A stretch of DNA of 64,000 nucleotides. Source: Phoronis australis. Its lineage: Eukaryota; Animalia; Phoronida. Under the pieces are notes generated by a model. That model was not told the origin of the DNA and did no database searches. It saw only the letters and a list, made by a program, of their open reading frames with translations. A program made the translations under genes and the position numbers. Positions 1 to 11,100 of this stretch are shown here, piece after piece. The stretch is from contig NMRA01000459.1 of the NCBI GenBank assembly GCA_002633005.1, positions 233,047-297,046 on the forward strand, read 5' to 3'. Each line of letters starts with the position of its first letter. Positions within the stretch are counted from its first letter, which is position 1.

Positions 1-896
1 TGGATTGTCTTCTTTGGTCAGAAGTTGTTCAAAACAGTTTTTGTCTTTCATTTTTCATCATTGTTACAGTATTTAGTTACCTATTGTACACTGTCCCTTG
101 GTAGAGGGGGCAGTGTGGCCTAGTGGAATAAATGTGCGTCTCCTTTACTGAGGCCATCTGGTAGACTGTTGAGTAAGGTCTCTAACTCCTCAGTTCAGTT
201 TTATCTAATAATATAGCATAAAAATTGCGTTACAATGGAACACCTGTGTGACCTGTACAGTGTACATGTACAACGTGTACCAGGCCTCCTGCAAGTTTTT
301 TATGCCCATGTTGTTATTCATAATTACGGCAAATAGCAAATTCTAGTTTAAGCTACCTTTACTACAGAAAGAATCGGTTAGTTTCAAATTGGATAATTAA
401 CTTTCTTGTAAGGGTGCATTTTACTCTGTTTAGCTGGCTAAGAAAATCGAATTAGGTCAGACTCTTGTAAAATCAGTCTCAAAATATTCCGTGCCATGAT
501 AGGATTCTATTTCATTGCCAACAAGAATATCAAGACCATCAGAGACCCAAGAAAACACTTCAGAGTTTATTGTGTTTGACCAACTATGAAACTCTAAATT
601 CAAAAATGGGACAAGATGTGCCTATTGCCTGTCACTTGTGTTGTAAGCTCATATTCAGCAACCATTCAAGATTGGATGAGCATTAATTGTAATGTTTTTA
701 AACTCCAAAGTGCTTTGGTTAAAAAATATTATACAACTTTGACAGCTAAGCAGGGGGAAAATGCAGCTTTAATAATTTTTGTCTATGAGATCATTGGTCT
801 GACAATGGCTGTGGCTCTTTTGTGCACCATTAATTGTGACCAAACATTTAAGTGAATCTCAGAAAGAGCCTGATCTGCATTACTTGTTGTTTTCAG

Positions 897-1334
897 GTGA
901 GTGGGTCTAGATTTTGGGGATTTTGGAAGAAGATGTGTGGAAGTCCTGAGAACTTCTTCCGTTGTTGCTTTGTTCACAACATCTGTCCACTCGTTTTCAT
1001 GTCGCTGTCGGGCAAAAACGTTACCCCTCCTCAGATACCCATAGCCACACGGCGGCAGATCAACTCCATCAGTGATCAGGCACTGCGTGATGTCGTGAGA
1101 ATTCTAGGTGTGAAAGTGGTTGTTGGTATTGGGAAATTTGCCGAAGAAAGAGCCAGGTATGCACTGGGCAGTTTGGATGAATCTGTAAGTGTACGGGTGG
1201 AGGTTATTATGCATCCGAGTCCCTGCAATCCCATGGCGAATAAAGGCTGGGAAGCAATTGTCATGAAGCAGTTGGATGAACGTGGATTGTTGGATTGCAT
1301 TGGAAGTGACTTGTTTATGAATAAGTTGGTTTAG
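897..1334 (+). CDS. SMUG1: Single-strand-selective monofunctional uracil-DNA glycosylase, last coding exon (earlier exons upstream of window)
   Basis: Acceptor ttttcag ends at 896. Exon reads VSGSRFWGFWKKMCGSPENFFRCCFVHNICPLVFMSLSGKNVTP...VVVGIGKFAEERA...IMHPSPCNPMANKGWE, matching the SMUG1 motifs EVSGxRFW, FVHNxCPL and HPSPxNPxANKGW. Stop TAG at 1332-1334. Confidence 0.95.
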   Translation: MSGSRFWGFWKKMCGSPENFFRCCFVHNICPLVFMSLSGKNVTPPQIPIATRRQINSISDQALRDVVRILGVKVVVGIGKFAEERARYALGSLDESVSVRVEVIMHPSPCNPMANKGWEAIVMKQLDERGLLDCIGSDLFMNKLV

Positions 1335-2854
1335 ACCTGTATGGCATTTCATATCCAGACTGTGGGTGTGTCGTTAAGCAATACAGTCATGTACCTGCTG
1401 TGTCCATCAAAAATGCTACCCCATTTTTTTGTTTTGTAGACTTGAGGACAATGTAACATGCATTGACATTAAAGGATCATGTTGTATCTGAGGTACGAGT
1501 GTCTGCAATATGTAGTCTCACCTCACCAGATCTTCCAATAACTACTCTTCAGTTTGGCTCGATGAACTTCAAAAAATGCCCAAGTCTGAACTAAGCTTTG
1601 CTGTATGGTTTAATTCATCTACTTGATCATTCAGATAATTAAATTTCACCTTACTGGCTAGATAAAATCTCCCGTACCTGTTGGATCTGACTGATGCAAG
1701 TTTATGTGCGTTTAGTACAACAATGTGTGTCATCTCTGTACAAAGCAAGACTTCAAGTATCGGTGTGGAGACTGGTCACATGGGACTGGATAATAGTGAC
1801 CTCTAGAGGTTGGGGAAGCAATTTTATTTTTTGATCAAAACACATCATGTCCAATCACATATTAAATTGTGAAAGGATTTTTTCTCAAAGTCAGACATGT
1901 TCCTCGGCCACCCGCTGTGCAGAAGTACCTTCTGGTGCAGTCAGGTGGTGTCAGAGCTGCTAGTCCCATGTTGTTAGTCCAGATTGTTTCCTGAAAGTTT
2001 GAGAAAAGTGTTACTTGTCTTTGTGCCATTGTTGTTGGAATAACACCCATGTCAAATTAGAGGATCCCACTACAGGCTGAAGAATGGTGTTCTTGGCAGA
2101 ATTATGGATGGTAGTTTATCTCTCAGGGGAGGTACTAATTGTGCAATAAAGATAGTAAGTGAACGACCCAATTTGGGTGAAATCAGTACAGTTCCAAGCT
2201 TGCGGGCTCATTCCAGGTGGTGTACTTCACACTTCTGGTGCTTGACCAGTGTCATTTAACAAAGGGAACTTGTCAACAATATGTTAATGGCATAGATTTT
2301 CTAAGGGAACACATGGCTTGGCCAAAATATGTGCAACTTTTATTACATTAGACCTATGTCTCGAGTAAGATTTGTTTGAAGTCTGTCTCATCAGTATTTG
2401 GCTGACAAATTCAGTGGAATATTCAATGTACGCTCAAAGAAAATTTTCCCCAGTATAAGCCCAGGGCAAAAAACTTTGCATGGTTGAACTTCCCAAATGT
2501 ATATTTGGGGTTGATTTTTGTTCTGCATAAAATGTTGTCTTTGGAATATATGATTGGGGTTTTCTACAGATAAGTGGTAACAAACTGAAGTAGAAGTCTC
2601 CTTGTTTGGAGGTTCATTGAAACCACTTTGACTGCAAACGACAAAATGAATATCAACTTGTCAACCTGGTTGAATTATTTTGAGCAGCATGGCTGTTTTG
2701 GCAGCTGTATTAAATTCTGTGTAAATTTATTTGAAAAACTTACTGGCAGCCATTAAAAAATAAGATTGATATACTGTATGTACAACAAAGACTTAATGAA
2801 GTTTAGATAGAAACTCAATATCTTAATTACACATGTTGGAACACGAAATAATAT

Positions 2855-4083
2855 AAGAGTAACGCGGAACGTTGAAATGCTCCCACGAATGCATTGCAAA
2901 TGGTGTGCTTTTAGGGTTGTGTATTTGTATCATTAAAATGGCCACTAGATGGCGCACAATATGTCGAATCTGTCTGAAAACCAAAAATGCCATCCTTTCT
3001 TTAAAAGAAAGCCATTTACCAACTTAAATTAAAATTCTTCGAGGAACTTCAGAGAAACAGAGGAAAACAAAAAAATGAAATTGCCACTAGGGACAGTGTT
3101 CATCGGATACATCTAAAAGTCGTCATCTTCTCTTGTTAACTTCATATATATACACATGCTAAATTTAATAAAGATCCTGCTGAGGGCTTAGGAGACACAA
3201 CTATGGAAGCAAAACAAAACCGCCACTAGGAGGTGCCACAGTAGTCGAAGTCATCAGAAAATCATCAGCAACCATCCCCTTCAAAGAAAGAACATACATG
3301 CCAACTTTCACAATCGTCCTTAAAGTGGTTTGGTTGACAGAGGGACAAATGCCACAAAACACTCAAAAAACAGCAAAAAAAGCCACTAGGTAGCGCAAAA
3401 AACTTGAATCAATCCGAAGATGAATGGCTAGGGTCACCTCACTAATGGATGCCAATGTGCCAAAGTTTGTGGAAATCCGTTGAGTACCTTTGAAGATACA
3501 GTGATAAACGTAAAAAACTGAAATTGCCATTAGGGGGCACACCGTTAGACCCATCTGTCCGAAAGTCGTCGTCTATTGTCACATTCACTAAATTTAATAA
3601 AGTTGCTGAAGAGCATTCAGGAGATACAGCCATGGGCGCAAAAACAAACAAAACTGCTACTAGGAGGCGCCACAGTAGTCAAAGAAATCGGAAAATCATC
3701 GTCAACTGTCTTCTTCAAAGTAAGAATATCCATGCAAATTTCCACAATCGTCCTTAGAGTGGTTTGGTTGTTAGAAGCAATCCGAAAACGAGAGGATAGC
3801 GTCAACTCATGTATAGATGCCTATGTACCAAATTTCATGAAAATCAGTTGAAGACCTTTGAAGATACAGAGGCAAACGTAAAAAACTAAAATTGTCACTA
3901 GGTGGCACAGGGGTATCTGGGTTGGTCCGAAACTCATCGTCCTCTGTCGTAGACGGCATCGGAACACACCTGCCAAATTTCATACAATCCTGCAAGGGGT
4001 TTAGGAGATACAGCCGCAGACGCCCAGACAGACATGACGGCAGTATGCGACCACATACAAATAATATGTGGGAGCATAAAAAT
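2855..4083 (-). mobile_element. Helentron-associated non-autonomous element (HINE/DINE-1-like), copy A
   Basis: Subterminal ATGCTCCCAC near 2878 and GTGGGAGCATAAAAAT near 4068; internal degenerate repeats built on GCCACTAGG; homologous to copies at 27.8 kb and 43 kb. Confidence 0.75.
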
Positions 4084-5019
4084 GAAGGTAGGTTATTGTA
4101 AGGGACCCCCCCCCTCCCCGAGCCAACTTCAGTCATTTGGTTGGATAACAGAAACTTCAAAATAAAACTCTAGAAATGGTTTATTACAAAAATAGAAACG
4201 ATATAAAATGACACTGTAAAAATGAAAATTTTAAAACCAACCTGACCATGATTATAATCCAGGCAACTTTTTGACTTAACAGTACACACATGTATTAATG
4301 GTTAATATGGAAACATCAGGTGTGTGAATGAGACCGATATACATGTCAACTGCTACTATTTTTTGCTAAACAATCTTCATTGTTCGTCACTTTATGTTAC
4401 TGAAGCGATCGGCGATTATAAAATACTTAAAAAACTAAGAAGGAAAGCTTTACCTAAGTAAATTTTAAAAAAAGCATTGTGTCCGGGTGTGACAATACAA
4501 CCCAATGAAAATAATACCGCACCGCAGTAAGAACAGATTACAGGAATTCCTACACTTAAGCTACATTAAATTTAACTGTCTTAACTACATAATACCCACT
4601 ACCCAGTTGCTACACGAGCTAACAATGATATTGCTTCACATATAATATTGCATTAAAACACTAGAATAGCAGGTCAAGACTAGATTTCTAGAAGCAAGAC
4701 GAACAAGTTTCTTGCAAACATGTTGAAAAAACATTAAAAAGTACCTGTGGAATGCTAACATAACCACACAGCTACTTCGAATAATAAAAAAACAAAAAGG
4801 CTGACTAGAATTTATACAATGACCAAAGCTACCTACAAAGAGGAAGTTTACAAAACCAGTATGGCACCAGTTGATACACCTGACAGAAGAACAATAATTT
4901 GTTTGACTTCCAACAAAATTAATAGAAAAAAAGATATAAAATTAAAATGGACCCTTGTAAAACAAACACAGCGGTTTCTTTGCTAATACTGTCACTTCAA
5001 GTTCAGCGATTATCTCCCA

Positions 5020-5190
5020 TTACTCCCTGTCAACAGCCGACATGTCACCATTACTCTTGTTGTCCCTCTTTGTTGTCAGCAGACATGTCAGCATTACTCC
5101 AGTAATCTTTCCTTGTTTACAGCCGACACATCAGCGTTACTCTAGCTATCCCTCTTAGTTGTCAGCTGACATGTCAGCATCTCCATTATC
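5020..5190 (-). repeat. Degenerate repeat, about 43-bp unit x4, spanning the SRA gene stop codon
   Basis: Minus-strand unit about AGTAATGCTGACATGTCTGCTGACAACAAAGAGGGACAACAAG. Confidence 0.7.
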
Positions 5191-8100
5191 AGATTCTTCA
5201 CTCGCCACACATTCGTTTCCCTCCTCAAGCTGTTCAGTAACCATCTCTTCTTGGTCACCAGAGGGAGTCTGTTCATTGCCTGGTGACAGGGGAGGCGACT
5301 CCCCCAATTCAGATGGTGGCTTGGACAGTGCATCTATTTCTGACCCAAGCTCTGAAGATGGTGTGTCACTGCTGTGTTCCCCTTCACTGCCGAGACCAGA
5401 ATCTTGACTACTGCATGTGTCGTCCATTTCTTCCTATATTTAAAGGAAAGTTACGGTCTTCTAAATAAACACATTAATGATGTCTAAGTGTGTAGTCAAC
5501 GCATACAGTCAGTAACAAATTTTTGAGTCATTACGTTACTGGCATTTACTAGTAATTGAATCAATACTTTCTGAGGAAGCCAAAGTACTAGGTACATACC
5601 AGGTTTCAAATGGCTAATTAAAAATGCCAAGATGGTACATATTTAATGGGAAATATCACATTCCCAAAATATACATAAAGTTTTGCATGATCGTTTCTTT
5701 TTGTTGAATTTAACTCATCTTTTATGGGCCAGTAACTTAATATTGTTTTCCCACTATTACTGAAAAAGTAATAAATAGACCTACAGAACAACTGGAAGTG
5801 CCAAACAGATTATACAAATGATATAATGAGCATGAAGTTTATTAGTAATTTTAGAAACCTTTTTAATGTTGTGAGATACAGTTTCCGGTTTTAAACTCTG
5901 AGGAGTGAATTGAGAACATTGATTGCACATATGACAAGAATCACACACTTGAAGTATCCTTCTCAGGTATTGGTTATTTGAGCTTATGGCTCTTAGTACC
6001 GTGGGGACATCTGTTGCAAAAGTCAACAATTATATTTTTTGTTCTTATGGAACATAATTAATAACATTCTGGAACATGAATCATGCGATACCAAACCTTT
6101 TATGAAGGAAAATGATAAGAACTCGATTAGCTTACCTTGGGTTTGCACTCCCAGGGTGGAGGCGCCTGATTCGTCAGTCGCTTCATGGCAAACTTCCAAA
6201 CACCAAACCCTTCAACGCCAGTGGTAAACCAAGCCTTCTCCACAGAATACAAACCTAAATGATGTCATAAAAACGGTCAAAATCTTAACAAAAATAGCAA
6301 GTAAAAACCTCAAGGGTTTGCCACACCATCTGTCCAAAAATCTACGTCAGTCGTGGTTTTCTCATCAGGAACACGTCTGCCAACCAAATTGTCATAATAA
6401 TCCTTTCAGCGGTTTGGTATTTAAAAAGGCTGATGACAAAAACAATCTAAAACATAATAAAAAGGGTGCAAAATACACCAAATCGGTCTGAAACTGGAAA
6501 GGTATGGTCTGATGGTCACCTTCTTAATAGAAACCTATTTGCCAAATAACGTGAAAATCCATTAACTCTGAAGATACAGAGGCAAACACAAAAATAGCCT
6601 GACGCTATTAGGCACAGTGGTAGTCTGACTGACCTGAAACTTGTATTAACCTACATGAGCTCTATAGGCACACACCTGCCAAATTTCACAAAGCTCCTCC
6701 AAAGGATGAAGGAGATGGCCGCAAATGCAAAAAAACAAAATTGCCTTCTAGGGGATGCCCGTCAAAAATCATTGCCAGCTGTTGTCTTCTCATCAGGAAC
6801 ATGTCTACCAATTTTCATAAAGATTGATTGAGCGGTTCAGCAGATAGAATGGAAAACGCCAGAAAACGAACTCGAAAAGAACAAAAATGGACACCAATGG
6901 AGGCAAGATGAGTCGAATCTGTTCAAAACTGGAATTGTACTGTCGCCTCCTTAATACAAACCTATTTGCCAAGAACATCCATCAAGGAACTCCAAAGTTA
7001 AAAAGGCAAATGTAGAAAGGTGAAATTGCCACCAGGGGGCACAGCCAAAGCTGGATCGGTCAGAAACTGGAAGCCATTTTTCCACAACTTCATAGGAACA
7101 CAACTGCCAAATCTCATTAAGATGCTTCAAGGGGTTAATGAGACACAGCAGCATACGCCGGAAAGATATGATAACACTCACCAACATAAGCACCCCTAAA
7201 AATGGCAGACGACGGAACAGATTTCACTTACACATTCTATTAGCAATATCGTTGAAACAGAAGCTGCTTTTGCTAAATTTCAAAAAATTATAGAATGAGG
7301 AAATCCTTAAACTTTTTAAAAGTGCGCAAGACTGAAAATTTCGTATCTAAAATTTCAGACCACCAAATCCCTAAAATATCCAAGTTTCCTATTCATAAAA
7401 TCTTTCTTCCCGTCTTACCATCATATCTGTAGCCACTCTCGGGAGCAAAGGGGCTCCTTAGTTTGTACCCTCGTATGACCCGCACTGGATTACCCGTCTC
7501 AACGTTCCTGCTCAGAGCAAGGTTGCCCCTTGTGAGGGTCTGGTCTTTCGACTGGGGGGCAGTACGTAGATTCTGAAATATTTGTTCAATAAACTGTAAA
7601 ATTTCAGTTAGCGCTAAGGGCTAGGAGAACAATCAAACGTCGACGAACGATGGACACTTTTGGACACCAAATTTTAAATTTGACTTGAAGCTGGGGATGC
7701 GCTCTTTCCAAGACTTGGGCTTTAACCTGGGTTAATTTGCTATTAAGGCATAAGTACAACTGAGAAGATGAAGTTTAACTGAGGGAGAATGGCCAGGCTG
7801 GATTTCATAGTTTTATTTACTCGTTCAGGAACCGACTGTGAGGCATGAAAAAACAGACTCAACTTCTCAATAGCTACAGCAACATCAGTAGTTCTTGAAA
7901 AGTTGAGGAAAGCTTTAATATCATTTTCCCTTTGGTTCTTTGCAAAAGGTGAAAAAATAACGTAATGTAAAAAACAATGACTAGAAAATTACCCAACCAT
8001 TGAATTTTTGAAATAACAGAAATTTTTGAAAACTACTGATCCTGTATTTTGACAGTCACCTTTGGCTTGTTTGGAGTTCCTTTAAGATCACGCCCACCCT

Positions 8101-11100
8101 CCCCAGTGTAGGTGAAGTATTCGCCCATGTCTACATCATCCGCATAGCCACCTGACAAGGCGATAGAGTATGCCCCTTCGTGGCCACCATGAATACCCGA
8201 CACCGGCGGCCTGCAACACATAAGAATGAAGACGCATGAAGCCCAGAGTTATACTAAATCAGTACCTTGGGCTTGTTGGGTGTTCCTTTCAGATCTCGAC
8301 CACCTTCCCCAGTATAGGTAAAGTAGTCGCCCATATCGACGTCATCTGCGTACCCGCCAGAGAGGGCAATAGAGTATGCACCGTCATGACCTCCATGTAT
8401 GCCTGCAACAGTCGGCCTGCAATACCCCCCAAAGACTGTTTAGATTACAATAAACAACTTGGAACGAGTAAATATTGCAGCGTCAAGTGACTGAAATTTA
8501 AACTAATTGGGTGGTTATGGCAGAGTTGATTAAGAGATCAGTCCTACACTTGCAACCTTATGAATTAAAAACCCATTCCTTCATTCTCTTGGAGGGAATG
8601 GAGTTTAATCTCAGTTCTCGATAAGATCACCACCTCCACACTGACTGCTCTCGGCTATAACAATTGAGAAATGTTAGTTCTGGAAATGTGAGAAAAAATT
8701 TAGAAACAGACAAAATTATTGTCATAGCAAACTCCAATTTATCTTGGTTACCAGAGCAAAACAATGGGTTTAGTGTATTATACTGCAGTTCAATTTGTAG
8801 AGTGACCAACAGACAGTATGCAAGAAACGGAGTGTCATCTTCGACCTTTTCAAAGTACTTATTTCTACACTAAAAAACTTTCAGCTATCTGACTGGCAAT
8901 TGCAGGAGACACACATATGTTGCAATTGTACAGCATTAGGCAAATACAGATCTAGGATATTAAAATCCCTGAATGCAATAGAGTTGTAACCAAATGAAAA
9001 GGTGAGCTTTGCTTTTTAATAGTTCATTACCCACAGAGACTTCTAGCCACGTTTTGAGTTTCATTCATATAAATCTAGCGGCCAATAGCGGGCACCAGTC
9101 ATAGGCAGCTACAATGAAGAAATTTTCTAAAAACTCTGGAGTACTTCAACCATCCAAGTTTTAGTTTCAAAGTGGAGGACTAATTAAAAAGCAAATTTGC
9201 TGAGAAGTTAGTCTGTTCTAACGCCTTTTGCTCATTCTTCAAACACTTCAGCCGTTCAAAACAAATGTAGCACTTAAAATATTCACATTACAAACAATTT
9301 TTACCTGTGAACGCCTGCTGCGCAGGCTTCCATTCTCATCAGCCAATATGTGCCCACGTCAACGCCATCTACTGGGCCATAGAAATTTTCTCGAAATTTG
9401 GGAACACGAATTCTTGGTGAGTCATCATGTGCTAGGTCATACTCTACTTGTTCTTGTATGTCACTGACATCAAGTGCAGCCTAAAAAGATAAAGTTATTA
9501 TTATGTAACGCTCGCCACTTCCAATCAGCTACAGCAACGTTATGGTAGTTATTAAAAAAGTTGAAAATTTTTTCAGAATTTGCCTCGATTGCCTGAACTA
9601 CGAAACATGAATGCGAAGACAGGAACCATTAGAAAATTCAGCGACCTCTTTGAGTATTCAAATTTTAAACAATTGTAAAACAAATTTAGGTCAATATGTC
9701 ATATGTCAGTCACAAAAATTGTACTAAAATCTGAGAAAATTTTCGAAAACTCAGTGCAAAGTTGCAAAAATCATGTTAAAAGACCCGAGTGTATAGTAAA
9801 CTGTAACCATCAGAATTCCCACAAAATATATTTCAAGAGCATATGTAAATTTTTATCAAACCTTTCCCTGCAGCCGGGAAGACCTCCTTGCTGGTCCTGA
9901 TCGGATTGACCCGTAATTCTCATCTTTTATCTGTTGTTTTGCTTTCTTTTCAGGCTGCCACTCCTTAGCATCACTCTTTCTTTTGAAGACAGCAGGTTTC
10001 TTGATTACTTTGAAAGGGAGTAGGAAGTCTTTCTGCAATAATATGAAAAAGTAGGAATCGTGAATTTACATTGTGTTGTGAACTGTAATGCAACCGCCAC
10101 ATCACCTGCCTTAGCCTTAGAACAGTTAAGGCGGCAAATCTCAATCTTGTCAACATGGTCAGGGCAGATTAGTTGCAATCAAGTTGACGATCATGGATCA
10201 TGACAGGGTCACTCACCTCAACGTCCCTGACACTGTTCTCCACAGCGCCTCCATTGCAGTGCAAATGCCAAAAGCTCATGGGACTTCTTGTCCTATGATA
10301 GTGGATGCCTCTGACACTGGTGAATATGAACACCAGTTTGTTACCCAACATGATGTATAGTGTTAATGAAATGCATGATAAACATTTTGGTGTACTGGTA
10401 ACACTAACTTAAATCTTAATTGGGGTCCCACGTTTTGAGAAACAATTTCAGTTACCCACAACAGAATAAACAATTATCCATTAAACCAGGGTTTGTATGT
10501 AATGCCTTGCAATCATGCAGTATTGTGATAATTAAACAACTTGTTTACTTTAGAAAAGTTCTGAGTTCAAACTTGTTCTTAAACACTCCGCAGCTCATCG
10601 TGAGCCAGGCTTATCTCACAGGCGCTTGGGTTTATCGCAAATGACGTCACTCAATAATATATATAAGAAAACATGAAGGTTGGACACTCGAAATCTGTTT
10701 GCTGAAAATTTTCCACTCAAATGTGCATGGAACTCTATGAAACTAGCATCGAACAACTATTAGAATGCCTTCTTTCATTCGATCTCTTCAAATTGCCTTC
10801 GAGTGGCGATTTGGCGACAAAAATGCCAAAAGAATGCCAAAATCACAAATTCAAGGACCTGATTCCGTGATATCATGGCAGACGGTCTTCGCACATCCGG
10901 GTTTTTGACGGACGCTCCCCGAGCTAAATCCGAAGGTCTAATTTCGCGCGGCTTTCATCGTCAATCCCTCGACTACTTGATCATGAAAACTGAGCAGAGA
11001 GCACTTTATTGCCAAATAAATGTAATTACTCACATATTTGTGTCAAATATAAATTATCCTGATACTGTATTGATATGCGAAGTTTTTGTGTACTGTGATT

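Noticed and set aside
3363-4160. Overlapping 60-140 aa ORFs here and at 27.9-28.8 kb, 32.2-32.7 kb and 42.6-44.4 kb
   Set aside because: All lie inside HINE copies; their mutual similarity reflects the non-coding repeat, and frames are not conserved between copies.
4470-4510. THAP-like start (IVSGCDNT)
   Set aside because: First cysteine missing, immediate stop, and no downstream THAP residues.
8060-8416. Exon 4a/4b as an assembly or haplotype artefact
   Set aside because: 26 synonymous codon differences and unrelated flanking intron sequence are far beyond the near-identity of the real haplotype-like duplication at 42445-43941.
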